Of a stretch of DNA of 64,000 bases, positions 38,904-53,550 are shown piece after piece. The stretch's first letter is position 1. Each line of letters opens with the position of its first letter. Both the position numbers and the translations under genes were made by a program. The notes under the pieces are model-generated. The model saw only the letters and a program-made list of their open reading frames with translations. It was not told where the DNA came from and did no database searches. Source of the stretch: Pelomyxa schiedti (Eukaryota > Protista > Evosea); assembly GCA_020536535.1 (NCBI GenBank), contig JAHLWZ010000847.1, forward strand, positions 1 through 64,000, in the 5' to 3' direction.

Positions 38904-41900
38904 TTATTCTGAATTTGACAAAATTTTCTCCAACTCCTGTGCCACAACACTGAAATCTGGGTTTTTTTTTTTTTGTGTTTTTGCAGTGTAAGTGGTGACA
39001 AATAGGAAGAAAAAGAAGAACCTGGCCTTTGCTCAGGGTCCTGTGCCCAGCACGAGGAAATCAAAGTAGACAGTTCCTCAGGAAAGTCAGAGGGGAATTC
39101 TTTGCGCTTGGGAAGAATCAGAAAGTAGAAATTACAAGGGGAATGAGAAACCTTTCCGGAGGTGACGAATTCTATAATTTCTGTGATGGAATAAGGAGTG
39201 CATTTATTGGGAATGTGAAAAAAGAGAAGAGGAAGCATACTCCAGGTTGACGGGAATGAGGAGGGGGGGTACGGGTCAGGATCAACGAGAAGGCAGTAGG
39301 CTAAAAGTGCAAAACTGTGTTTTCAATTTGTGAGTAGAGAGCAAATTTCTAGCCTAAGAGGAGAAACCTGTACACATCAGAGGGCTTACTGTAAGACGCG
39401 TTGTTGAGTACTTCTGGGGCCATGAATGTGGGTGTCCCAACAGCAGCAGTCATGTTGGCACTTACAGTTTTTGAAGCAGACTTTGCCACATCACGGGTGG
39501 TACCAAAATCCGTGATTTTGCCACAAACATCGGAGTCCGGGTCTAAGGATGAGAGTAAGATATTGTCAGGCTTGAGGTCCCTGTGTATGATGCCACTCTA
39601 CAGATCATGGTTAAGTCTGCGGGAATGGAAGGGTAAAGTACTTGGTGCAAGAAGTTCATTCCTCTGGCACAATCGACAAGAATTTTTACTTTTTGCTTTC
39701 CATACAATTTTTTATGTTTCATGACATGCCCTAAACTACCAAGGGTCATGAATTCCTGCAGAATTTTAGTAATGGAAAGAAGGTAGATGAACAACTGTCA
39801 CTATGGAAAGCTGTTTCTTGAAATGTACAGCACCAATGAATTTAACTATCTGGATTGGTTTAGATTAATGGAGAAACTCGACTCGACAACCTGTGGGCAA
39901 TGGAGGCTCTCCATTGTTCGCACCTAGAGAGGGGTTTTGTTGAAGTACAATAGCTTTTAGAATGCTAACCTCACTGCAAAATTCATTGTAAACTTCCATG
40001 GAAATATCAGCACTTTTTAGAACCTGTGCCTGAGGTTTGTGCGGCAATGAAAACATCTTTAAAAAACCTTGACAGCTACATCCTGGCCACGCCATGTGCC
40101 TCTATATACAGTTCCAAACGACCCTGCCACCGTCAATGGATGAACTAAGAAAGAAGGAGAACCTTCGCCAACAGGTGGTTTCTGGAGGGTAATCTCCTCT
40201 GGATCTAAATGCGTCGACATTTTTGTCTCGACAACAAGAGGAATTTCGGTGTGCTGTATATCAATACGGCTATCAAAATTGGTTCCTTTCATTCATTTGA
40301 GAGAATTCCGTTGAGAAAATTCTACTACCACTGGCAGCTGCAAGAACAACAGAGGTGTCAAGCGCGGTTGTGCAGTGTACAACAAACTGGATTTTAATAT
40401 TTACAGTTTCTTTCTAGTTTAGGTGAGTACTTTAAAAATATGAACTACAGTACTTTGCGTAGAGTAGCTGTGCTCGGTTCAATGGCCAGCTTGTATTTAT
40501 AAGACCTGATGGTCAATATATCATAATGTCATATTGTGATTGGGAGGATTACTTTGGCGGGAAGAATTTGTATGTCATTTTTTTCTTCCCTGCATTTACA
40601 AGAGTGAAGGTTTGCGTATAGTCCTTTCCCACTGAGGCTTTGTGCCCGTGGAGTTCGAAGGCGAACTCTGAAATTGAACACTGCCCACAAAAATTAGACG
40701 GGGGCAAAACTCTACAAAACCACATTTAATACGAAGTCAGCTAGCAGGAAATGTCTACAGCAAGTTAGGGGGACGAAGAGTTATGAGTTTCGTACTGAGA
40801 GCCTTCTGTTTCGAATTTTTCAGCAGGAGAATCATCATCGAGGAAGAGAGTGGATAATGCTTGTCCAGAAGGTTTTCTATGTTGTGAAAAAAAGGTTATT
40901 TGATTTTAGACTTTTTATATATACCGCTTTTTCAGGTAAATTGCAGCAAGAATTGCTAAGCCAGCTAAAAGGCCAAAAAGCCCAACAGATATTCCAATAT
41001 ACAAGCCATAATCAATACTATCGATATCTGGTTGGTATCAGTTTTGTCAAGTAAATTTGTTTGCTATACTAAAGTTGAAAGAAAGCTGCTCTGTCAACTC
41101 GGCGCTATTTCCGTTGGTGTCCTTTGTGCAGCCCTCAATTAATGAGACCACACACATCATACTATCTCCCTTATCGTCGAAAATATCAAGGGAGTAGGTC
41201 TTGTTATCCAGATTCCATGGGTGGCAGTTGTTGACAGAACACCCGTCTGAGGTTTCAAAACAAGAGTCTTTTACACCTGTGACCAGTTCATCACATGTAA
41301 AGTTCACTGAAACAGATGGAGAATCTGATTGAGAGGCTCCCCCAGAAAACCAGCAAGTGGGTTTTTTCGTGTCATTGAAGTAAAAAAGGGAATAGGGCTT
41401 GGTATTTCTCACCCCATCCACAACTATCCTAACTGTGAGATTGTACCCCGAGCCTTTTTGCAGGGAGCATGATATGATTGAGTGATTTTGCACCATATTC
41501 ACGGGTTCGCATGCAATGGAATTATCAACTATGACTGTGATGCGGCTAGCAGTTGTCCCAAAGTTTGTACCTAATTTGATGTAACTCTCGAGTTGATGTA
41601 CAGGAAAGTAGCACCTGTTATGGTTGAAACACCACCATCATTTCCAACAGTAGTCATATCTTGAATTTCAGGGGCTGGAAGGTGTAAAATTGGGGTATTT
41701 TGTATTGTAATTCTACCTGCATATGAAAACGTATTCAACGAAGCTGTAAGAGTGTTCTGGGATCTTGGTACATATACGTAGAGGATTGGAGACCCTGTGC
41801 CCTCAGGGGCATGGCATTGGATTTGAGTGTGGTCAACTGTGACTCGGGCACCCTGGCATTCAGAGTTTCCAATCTTTACTGCTACATCGGTACAACTCGG

Positions 41901-44900
41901 ACCGAAATTTGTTCCAGATATGTTAATGAGCATCCCTGTTGTTGATGGTTGATTTGCCCAGGATACCGTAGGAGCTGTTTGTGGAAAATTTTTTAATTCT
42001 AAGTCCATGGAGAATTCATGGAGAAACCTTGGTAAGTGAAAACATTGCTGCTACCTCTAGTAGGTGTTCCAGAGCAAGGAACTTCAACGGATACGTGAAG
42101 AGAAGGGCCAGCACCAACTGGTGCAATGCACTCAATGCGTGTATGATTTATCACCAACGCATTTGTGCAATTGCGTGCTATGGAGCATACATCTATTACT
42201 GTCACACAGGCATCAGTACCAGTGGGACCAAAATTGGAGCCAGAGAGTGTTACAACTGTGCCACCAGATGTTGGGGGAGAAGGATAAACTGAATGAATCT
42301 CTGGGTCTTTTTTTAAATAAAGCTGAGATGTAATTTAGGCAAAGATTTCGCTATACCTTTGTACCAAAAAACTTCTGCACTACCGGAAAGCCTGTGGTCT
42401 GAGTCATTATTATATACAGTTACAGTCACAGATTGGGAGGCACCAACACCCTCGGGAACAATGCACTGGATCTGAGTGTGGTTTTTGATAACTGTTGCAT
42501 TCCGGCAGCTTTTCCCCCCAATTAAGACATCAACAGGAGTTCCCGCCTCACCAAAATTTGAACCAACTATATTCGTGACTATGTTGCCAGTGGTTGGAGT
42601 TGACTGGCCGTAAGAAACCTGTGGTGCTGAAGACAAGTTATTAGTTGCACTCACACGCAAATTATGCATACGGAGATATGAAAAGCTCCATGTATCATTT
42701 TGTGAAAATGTGGCATTCTCAGAAAGTGCAGGGACATGAACAATAAGATCATACCCCTTCCCCACCCCAACTGGTGGATAGCACGTTATACAAGTCTCAG
42801 AAATTACAACGCTACTGCATTCTTGCCCCTTCACCATAACTGAGGCACTTGTACCAAAATTGGTTCCATAAATTTGTGTTGTTGTTGTTCCATCGGTGCT
42901 TGCCATTGTAACAGCAGCTATTTTTGGTGCTTGATGTAATGTTAAACAAGAAATTTCTGTGTGAATGGAAACCTGAATAATGCCAGAAATATGTATTGCT
43001 CATCTGTCCAGAAGAGTTGACCTGAGCTGAATGGAGACCCTCACTATGCCCAACTTTCAGAACGATGCAAGTAGAGTTGTAGATGTAAGAAACTCGAGAA
43101 GTGAAGTTATCCAAAATAACAAACACAGGTCTGGTGCCACCTGGCCCAAAGTTTGATCCCTACACCAGACGTCAAACACTTTCTTGAACTGAGCAGGAAT
43201 ACCCAAATGATGAGCGGAGAGCCTGCTGCTGTTGAGGGTTCATTTGTAAACTCAATTGCAGGACCTTCACAGTGTCAATGCAAGCATTGCGTTATCTCGA
43301 ACTCTCACCTGAATAACTGAAGCCATAGAAACTGGCACATGTCCCATTTGTTTGGGGAACACATACCTCTAATAGAAGTCCTGCACCATACCCGGGTTCA
43401 ACATCACAGGAGATTACAGTATCAGCCACAGTCACAATAGCATTTTTACATAAAACACCGCCAATAGTCACCATGGCAGGTGAATTAGCAGGCCCAAAAT
43501 TGGTGCCACTAATGTACGTTTTACCTCCAGAGGTAGCCACTTTTGAGGAATTAACGATGGTAGGACCTGGAAAAAAGTGAATAAACTTTCAAATGACCAG
43601 TAGCTACCTTCATAGCAGAATACAGGAAAACTTTGAGGGGGGCCAGATAAGTGGACAATTACTGGTAGATGACACCCACAACCAGGAGGTGAAATACAAG
43701 TAACTTCAGTGTGAGCTACAGAAACAAAAGGATCCGTGCAATTCGTGGAGCCAATTTCCACGTACAGGGAAGTGTTAAGAGGTCCAAAATTGGACCCCTG
43801 CAGTTTGGTAAGTCCACCCTCCGTTATAGTTGGAGTTGCACTAAGTACAATGGGTCCTATATAATGATGAGTGCTGTATCGAGTGGAATACATAAAAACC
43901 TGCATAGGAGAAATTGGATGATACTGCCATTTGGGTGTGCGTAGAATTGCATGGAATATACAAAGTTACTTCAATACCGTCACCGTAACCGGCAGGCGGG
44001 CTGCAAGTTATTTTTGTGCCTTCTGTGGACACAAAGGCACTTTCACAAGCGCAGATATCATTCTGGCAAGTTGCGTGGCCATGAGTGCCTGTGCCAGCTA
44101 GAGTAATACAGACACTTGAAGAGATAGGTCCGAAGTTTTCCCCCTGTGTGACCAATGGTGACTTTCCATCAGTGCTCACGCTGCTAAAAGAACGAATAAC
44201 AGGTTCTAGGACAAGGTCACAAAAAAAATAAGAGCGACTCTAAGCTTACTTTGGTAGCTAAAAGTGAACCAATTGCTGACTTGACCATCAATAGAAACTT
44301 GAATGGTCCAGTTACTTCCAACTCCTGGTGGAAACGTGCACATTAACGTGTTGTCACTTGTCCAGTGTGCCATCACCCATGAGTCACCATCAAACGTCGA
44401 AAGTATGGGATAGTGGCCATCAGGTCCAGGTCCAAAATGGATTCCATACTATTGAGTTTAGTGGCAACAAAGTTTATACTATAGTAAGTACCAGTATAAA
44501 TTGACCTCCAGAAGTAGCAACATCATTGATAGCTTTGATCATAGGAGCTAGATTTGATTGTTATTGAGGTGAAAGATTTACCAAAACAACCTGGAAAGGA
44601 GAAGTCACTTGAGAAGACAGGTCTTGATGATCCTCGAGGTACCCACAATGTTATATTCTTATGTGTTCCCACACCGACAGGAGGACTGCAGGTTATTTGC
44701 ATATGTGGTACTACAAGTACTGCAGTTTGGCACTCCTGTCCGTCGATTTCAACATAAATACTGGTTCCTGTTGGCCCAAAATTGGTTCCGTAGATGTTCA
44801 CTTCGTTGGTGCTCTCAGAGTAATTGGAAAAGGTGAGGGCAGGTGCTGGATTTTTTTTTTTTTAAAAAACAAAGACACTTGTTTGCATACCATTATAGGA

Positions 44901-47900
44901 AAAGTCCGAAACAGATGACACAACAGTGTACCCAGGGCAGCCAATTTCCAGCCTAAGAGGATTGTCACATCCAACTCCAGGTGGAACAACAACAAGGGCC
45001 AAACTACTGCTGATGATAGTTGTATTACATGGGAGGTCATCAATGTATGTAAGCCCAACTGTGCCTGATGGACCAAAATTTGTTCCCACAATAGTTGAAT
45101 ATCCACCACTTGTATCAACCGAACTAGAATTCAACAATAGGGGGGCTGAAGACAAGAGTCAGATAAGTTCAAGTCTGGGAGAATGTGACCTGCAAATGAG
45201 AAGTTAGGGAAGTATCCTATCTGAGTCTGAGAGCTATCTATTGGAACAAACAATTCTATCTCAACATCACTTCCTGTGGCAGGTGGGGTATAACAGGTTA
45301 TTTTAGTGTGTGGTATTATGACTGTTGCATTTGTGCACTCAATTTCTGTCTTGAAGCCACAGTCATTACCGAAAACTGACATGAAAATTGCAGTCTGTGT
45401 ATCTTTGGGACCAAAATTGTACCCCAATATAACAGTTAACTCATTCTCCCTGCTCGCGGATGTAATAATTGGAGCTATTTTTCATAAGCATCATGCTCTA
45501 GAAAGGAAAAAAAAAACCTTGGTAGGAAAACAGAAATGGAAGGCTGTGCTGCCCACTAACAGCGATAACGAGAGAGTGATTTCTACCAGAGAGTGCAGGG
45601 AAAAAGCATGATACAGCAGTGCTATTAATGCAGTATGTGATTTGAGGGATGCCATCGACAATACATTGTTCAGGATAAAAAGAACCGACAGCGAAATAGT
45701 GACCCTAATCCTTGTGAATAAATCTATAACCCTCAGGAAATAAGTCTTACAGTGATAACATAGAAGCCACCAGTAGTTGAAATTTGGGGAACATAAGCAA
45801 TCTCAGGTGCTAGGAGGGAATTAGTCTTAATTGGAATTAGGGAGGAGAACCAAAATATGAGAAAACAGGTGAGCTGCCGCATTGTTGTGTGCTTGGTGGA
45901 GCACAAACTTCAACCGTAAGGTTTGCTCCAGCAGAGATATTTGTGTAACAACTGACAGATGTATGATTTACTACAACTGATGCATTTGAGCAATCTGTTC
46001 CATTTATTGTCACAGAAACACGAGAGCCAATGGGCCCAAAGTTGGAGCCTCCAACAGTCACCTTCTTGGGGTTTTCCAGTTCTGTGTCAGACTTGGAATC
46101 AATGTTTGCTGAAAGTACAACTGGCTCTGGTGTTTTGGTTATTTTTGTTTAGAGTATGGTTGGGATGCATACTGTTGTACGAAAAAATAGGATAGATATC
46201 GGATTTAATGCCTGCTACTTGCACCATAACATCAAGCAAAGACCCGTACCCAGGAGGAGATAAGCAAGTAATTTGGATGTGTGATGATTCCAAGTTGGTG
46301 GTTGGGGAGGTGCAGACTCGGTTCTCAATTGTCACAAAAAGTGGTGTTCCTAGAGGTCCAAAGTTGCTTCCATGTATGGTGGTAAAATTACCAGGAGTAT
46401 TTGTTGAGGAGATGTTGAATATAACTGGCTCTAGAAATGTGTCATTGAAAAAAAAAAAAATTGAGAAGGCAGTACTGGAAAAACTGAAGGCTTCGAATAC
46501 CCCAGATTGATTATGAGAACCAAGTGGTAGTATAACTATTACAGTGTTGTTACTGCCAGCCCCAGCGGGGGGGAAACAAGTGATTTGGGTATGTGGTATT
46601 GTAACCGTAGCACTTTTACATTCGCAGTTCACACAAGGTATGTTATCTCCAGTGATTGTCACAAGAAGGTTACTTTCTGTACCAAAGTTGGTGCCATTAA
46701 TAACCACTTTTTCCGATGCATCTGTTTTCACTGAGGATGTACTAGTAATTGATGGCGCTAGATTTCTGTTAGAATGAAAGAGGATCCCGGTAAGGAAAAC
46801 CAGAAAATCTGAATTCCGACATGGCACTAATTTGATCTGCAACATTGACCATTAAAGGCAGGTGCGCACCCACACCAGGGGTGAAGTTGGCCAAAATCTC
46901 TGTGTGGCTCACCCATTGTGAAGGAACCCAGGCAGTATCCACAAGAGTTTTTAAAACGTAACTGCCACCTGGTCCAAAGTTTTGTCCCTGTTTTTCTTGT
47001 TAATTTACCTTCCCAAAAGGATCAAAAAAAAAAAAAAAAACCATTATTATGTGCTGCAGGCTTCCTGCAGTTGGTACAGGATCAGTACCAATAATTACAG
47101 GGGCTGTGATTTTTGAGTGGGGAGTGAAAAATTCAAAAGGGGAAACCTTTGTAGTGAAATATCATTGCCTCTGTTAACTGGTTTCCAACACGGAGTTTGA
47201 CAGGGAGATTTGCACCAACACCGGGAGTAACTTGGCATTGAACTGAAGTGTGAGGCGTCACAAATTGAACGTTGTCACAAGCTTTGCTGTTGACAGAGAG
47301 GAAAATTGACTCAACACTGTCTCCGAAGTTCGTGCCATTGATGGTTATGCCTCCCCCAGTGGTTGAAACATCACTCACTGCCTTTATTGTTGGGGCTTTT
47401 AATAGTTAGACAAATAACTCACAGGGGCCGCCTGACCTGCATAGGAAAAAATGTAAGCCATACCCTGCTGCCAGGTCGATGTGCCATACAGTACTTTGAC
47501 AATAACAAGGAGGGAGGCACCAACACCAGCTTGAGCAGAGCACTTAATTCTGGAATGAGGAATATCTACTTGTGCACTATCACATATGTGACCATCAATA
47601 GTTACTGAAAGTGTAGCCCCTGTGTACCCCATGTTTTCACCATAAATATAAATTTCGCCTCCCTTTGTTGTTGTTGTGCTGGCATTATACAAAATTGGTG
47701 CTGTAAGAGCGTAAGTACTATAACAAAAAAGAAAAACTACAAGGTATAGACATGTTCAGGAATTCAATGGTCTGAGAATGTGTACTCGAGGCAGGAACGG
47801 TCAACTGTAGATAATTGACTGGCTGACTTGGTGTTGCGTAAAGACACTGGATTTCGGTACAGTTCACTGTAACTTGGGGACTATTGCATGACTTGTTTGT

Positions 47901-50900
47901 ATTTGTTGTGACAGTGACTACAGTTCCCTCAGGCCCAAAATTAGTCCCTGTTATCCTTAACTTGACATTCCCGTGCTCATCAGTAAAGGTACCAATAGCC
48001 ACAATTGTGGGTACTGCAATGAATGTAACTTGTAGTATATGGTACCTTTACTTGTACCTGAATATGAGAAGGCATCATCACTCTGCACTGTATAACCCGG
48101 AATGGAAATCCTTACTGGGTATAATCGACCAACTCCAACAGCTGGGACACAGGAGATCACACGGTGTGCAGATGAAACAGAGGAATTTCTGCATGGTGCA
48201 TTCCTTACAGACACATTCACTGGAGTGCCGATGGGGCCAAAGTTTGTACCATACACATGGATTATAGATTCTGTGCAGCAATTGGCTGTACTTACAAGAC
48301 TAATAACAGGTGCTAAACCAAGTTATTACTCAATTTTTATTTCGAAGATAACCTTGGTAAGAGAATCCTTTGTATGTCACAGTTTGGTTTTGCCGAGTTG
48401 CATAGATTCTGAGTTGTAGAGTCAAGTTAACTCCTACTCCTTCTGGAGGTTTGAAGCAAATTCGTGTGTCTGAGGCAGAAGTGGTAGTAGTCCAAGTGGA
48501 GGTGCCAATTTTAACTTCAGAGTGCGTGCCACTAGGCCCCAAATTTGTACCAAAAATGCAAGCTTCTGTTGACTGGTCAGTATTTGCTGAACTCACCGTC
48601 TCAATTTGTGGATCTGCCATATTATGGTTAAAAAGGACACATCTGGGAGAGCACACATTTGTATGAAAAGAGGTACTCCTTTGATTTTTGTCCAGCAACG
48701 TTGACAGAAATTGTGTGATTCAAACCACTACCACTGGGAATGGGGCACTCTACAAAATTTTCGTTGAGCCATGAAGTCTTCACCCAAGAAGAGTTCCCAT
48801 CAATGGAGGCAAGAATAGTTGCGGAGCTGTCAGGTCCAAAGTTAGAACCCTATGCTTGTTCAATCAAGGGTTTTTTATAAGAAGTGGACCTTTATCCTGA
48901 AAGAAGTGCTGCCAGTGGTTGGTACATATTCCATTTGAATAATTTGAGGAGCTATAACATGCACTTTAGCTTTAGTTTGACATATCTATTGTTTGTTAAA
49001 ACCTGCGTAACTGAATACGGAGGCGGAAGCATTTTGACTTCCAAAAACGGGTACATAAACTTCAACAAGTTGGTTTGTTCCTGTTGATACTTGTCACTAT
49101 GACCAGATGAAAAAAAAACTACAAACCAATTCCATCAGGAGTGACACATTTTAGGCTCGTATGAGATAGAACAGTAACATTTACACATTCCCTCCCAGCA
49201 ATGAATGCTGTGACAGAAGTCCCTGGTGGACCAAAATTCATACCAGAAATAGAGGTAAAAGTGTGAGGATCAGAACTTGTTGCGGATAACACAGCGGGAG
49301 CTATTCTTTGTCATCAATTGACCTCCAATGGGGAAGAAATGAAAAAGGATGCACACGGTTATAGGAGAAGATGTAATCACATGTAGTCTGTCCAGTGGAA
49401 GAGCGCGGAATGGTCACACATAACAGCAGCTGTGAACCAGCACCAGGCGGTGCCAAACAGGTAATTTGGTTGTGATTTACAGATTGAGCATTTATGCAAG
49501 TCTTGTTCCCAATAGAAACCGATGCAAGGGTGCCAGGAGGTCCAAAATTAGTGCCACTGATAGTAATTGTAATATTTCCAGTGGTGTTGCACCTTGTTGA
49601 TGTCCCAATTGTTGGCTCTGTAAGAATGATGAAAGGGAAATTTTTTACTAGGGCGTTATCTACCGTCATAGTCTATAACGGAAGTAGCAATCACAGTCCC
49701 TGATGCCAGCTTCACTGTAAGTGTATTGTTTTTGCCTACACCCATGGGCGCACTGCATTGAATTTCTTCTTGGCTGATAACTTCGGCATCAGAGCAGTTG
49801 AGAGCCCCAATGTAAACGGAAACTGATGAATTTTTTGCCCCAAAACCTTTCCCAGTTATGTTGATACGCCCACCACTTGAAGGGGGGCTGGTTGTTTTCA
49901 CAATAATCGGATCTGGCAGAAAGTGAATAAAGCAACAGTTGGTGGCAGGAACACACTATCGTAGGAAAAATAGGTCACAGCACTGTTATTGGTAGAGGGT
50001 AGCACTACAATCACGACTTTGATGTTTTGGCCAACTCCAGGCTTTGGGGTACACGATATTTGTGTATGTTCAACAATTACATGGGCATTTGAACACTCTT
50101 CTCCTCCAATTGTAACATTAATCGGAGTTGAGAAAAACCCAAAATTACGGCCTTGTATGATTGTGTTTGCCTGATAGTTTAAAGGAGATGCTGAGTATGC
50201 TACAGGGCCTATTGCTCATCAGAAAAGAGTTTGATTGATTGAATTATAAAACCAGAAAAGCAGAATTTATCCCATTTAAGGGTTGAACCAGAAATGGAAA
50301 CATTCATAGTCAAGTTAACTCCTATACCCACAGGGAAACATCTAATCTGTGTGTTTGCGACTGTAATTCGGGCATTCCTACAGTCGTTTCCAGCAATAGA
50401 AACTGTGACAGGAGTTCCAATAGCACCGAAATTCTGGCCAGTAATAATAGTTTCCGTACTTCCATCAGTGTCAGCTGAAGTAGTATTCAAGATAGCAGGC
50501 ACTACGTTCTGTAAATCGTGGAACTATTGAGAAGTTTGCGACCTGAAAAGCTAATATGAAATTGGGGACTGGTTAACCCCCCCACAGAAACTGTGATAGT
50601 GTGATTTCCTGAGCCCACCAGTAGGGCTGCCTTCACTGAAGTGTATGACTCCCAGATTGACGGCACTTCCGTCCCATCCAATCGTACAACAAGTGTTGTT
50701 GTAGCAGTGCCGAAATTGTATCCCTACTTTTAGTGGGTAGATGAAAACTTGTCCTGTAATCACACATGAATTGTGCAGTTACTACATCCCTCAGGAAGCA
50801 AGCCATCAATTGAGGAAATATTTGGGCCTAGAACAAATTGTAACATTGGAAATTTAGAGAAGTGTCTGTCTACCTAAATAGGTGAATGTGTTGGAGCAAT

Positions 50901-53268
50901 ATGTGGCAATGCAGACTTCTACAGCTGATCCACCTCCTGGTGGTGCAGAGCATTGCACGAGTGAAGAATTTATCACAGAAGGGTAACCAGCTGAAGCTCC
51001 TCCTATGGTGACCAGGAGCGAACTTGTTTGGCACAAATCTGTTCCTATGAGATAAACCAGTTCTCCTACTGAGTTTGGCTTTGGAATATTACTTGTAATT
51101 GCTGGAGCTATTTTTTATGGTTGGAAAGAGTAAGAATGGAAGAGCGTACAGGTGTATGAAAAAACATTTGCCACGGGACTACTCTGGTCCCCACCTGTAC
51201 GAACTGTCACTTGGACTGGTAAATTTACACCAAGGCCCACTGGGGGATTGCACGTAATCTGATTGTAGTTGTGGACTGAAACATTTGCACAGGGAAATGA
51301 ATTCACAGAAACTTCAATTGATGTGTTGAATTTTCCAAACCACATGCCATTAATTGTAGTGTTACGACTAGAACAAGAATTGGATAGTGTAGCACTCTGG
51401 ATTGTAGGAGCTAGTTGAGGTTAACATTTTTCACAGAAAGGTGCCAGCATACGAGGATAGTTAATATTAGAGCATGCTGTTATATTACTTCCACTGGGAA
51501 TCTCCACACATAAAAGTTGTGACAGACCACAGCCATCAAGTGGAGGTGTGCAAGTAATTGATGTATGAGACTTCGTACATTTAGTACAAGGTGCTCCTGC
51601 TATAGAAACACTCCCTGCTATCGAGCTTGGTCCAAAATTTGCGCCAGTGATGTCTAGCCTTGGTGGATCAGCAATTATCTTGGCTGTTGAAATACTTGGC
51701 GCTTTGCTTTAATGAGTTTGTTTTCCAAAAGGAAAGATAAAAACCTTCATAGTTGAAGATATCTGCATAGCCCCAGTCAGACTGGTTATTACAAGGCCCC
51801 ACACTTACTCGCAACTGGGACCCAGCACCTGGTCGTGGGTAACAGGTTACAGCTTGTTGATCAATTGTCTGGGGTGAATCGCATATAGTGCCATTGATCC
51901 TCACACATAAATTTGTATCTGGTGGACCAAAACCATCACCAGCTATATAAAGCATGGTACCACCTTGTGTTGGAATGGTAGGGGAAACACTTTGTATGGT
52001 TGGGGCAGAAAATCGGTACACTGTTGAGGTGTTACTTGAGACTCCTTTGCATACGATTGACATATTGTATATTACACCTGGACTTCCCTCCTATGGAAAG
52101 TTAATGTAGCACCAAGGGTAAAGGGAATGAACCCCAAGCTGACAGGTCAGCACGTGCTTTCCATCTCCCGTGTTAATACTGCCGCAACTAATGTCTCCAA
52201 CAGACACAGAGTCACAAGGCGGTAGCCAATTCCCACTAATTCTGAGTTGACCTCCACTTGCCTTAGTGGTATTCAAGACAGACAGTATCTCCGGTTCTTC
52301 ATAAATTGGTATGCTATGGAAAAAAGCAAGAACAAACCACAGATTCCTTGATCACACCAACTAGAGTAATTCTGAGCAATAAAGAGGTTGTCCAGTGGCA
52401 CACTGACAAATGTGGTGCTGCCAACCTCAGCCCAAAGTAACCAAATTTCTTCTGAAGTACCTGAGCAGGATGTGGACATGTTCAAGGAAAAGAAGTAATA
52501 TTTATAAGCACTGAAGTAAATAGGAGGAAAAGTAAGAGTTTGGTTTTCCCCCGTGCTGGCACGACAAGGATAAGACACTAATTAAGGAATGAGACCTTTG
52601 TACTTTCACAAAGAAATTCTCACCACTGTCTGGCCCAAGGACATAAGTTCTGTTGTCAGTTACCAGAAGCGCCCGCATGTCAAGGTGGCCTTTCACTTTG
52701 AATTGGAGCGTTTTCAAAGCAGATCCACTTGTGAGCTGCGAGAAGCAAGTAAGCTTTACAGGCATACAGCCGAGGGAAGAAAATACCTTGATTGCCCCAC
52801 GCACTTCATAGCAGTAGAGTGCAGAAGATGTGAGGGGCTGGTCCAGTGGTGTGTGAAAACTGGATTTTTTTTTTTTTTGACACATCAATAAAAAGGAAGA
52901 AAATCCACCGAAAACAAGACAAAAAAAAAAAAAAAAAAAATTGCACACCACCACTCTGACACAGCGCCATCGGCTGGGTTGAAAGTGCACCTTGCGCTGG
53001 TGCAGGCTTGCTCCCGCAGCCCGTACCCATACTGTCCAATGGCCGAGTCGCACGTAAGCGCAGCGGCGCCCCCGGCCAAAACCACAACCATCATCAACAC
53101 CAACACCAACGGCAACGGCAACGACGCCACCACTGACGCTCTCGTGGCCGCCGCCTCCGCCACCAACCGCACCGAGGGCCGCCGCGGCCCACGTGCAGCG
53201 CCGACGAAACCAAAAACGGGCGAGGCGACACCGCCACCTCGCAATTGTGGGTACTTGTGCGCTGCCAT
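38904..53268 (-). CDS. Giant receptor kinase: signal peptide, PA14-like domain, about 35 IPT/TIG repeats, bacterial-Ig-like domain, TM, juxtamembrane Ig-like domain, TKL kinase (Entamoeba TMK-type)
   Basis: Repeated AP.I...T.GG...I.G.NFGP...C....H..I.C..P.G.G exons; TM at about 40935-41005; ETKMSTHLDPEEI..GEGSFGTVYRG..VAVK, HRDLKPDN, DFG, GTPTFMAPE, CWAQDPEQRP. Confidence 0.9.
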
Positions 53269-53550
53269 ACAAAAATTGAGGCTGGGCCTCTGCTGACGAT
53301 ATATTATGTCCCAACGAGTGGTTCGATGGTTTGTTTGTTTGGACTAATTTATTTGGAATTCGGTTGCCCCATCTGAATTGCCAGTTCGTTCCTGCTCTCT
53401 GAAGTTTGGCGCTGAGAGTGGCACTCGCACCATAACCGGAAGTCCGAGTCTTCTGCGCAGAACGTCAGCGACAAAAATAGCCTCGCGTGGCTACAACAGC
53501 AAACCAACGAATTGTTTCGAACAAACAAACAACCAAAATTTGTGGCAACA
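53269..53550. promoter_or_regulatory. Putative bidirectional promoter (282 bp) between the two TIG-array genes
   Basis: Positional only: divergent ATGs at 53268 (-) and 53551 (+). Confidence 0.55.
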
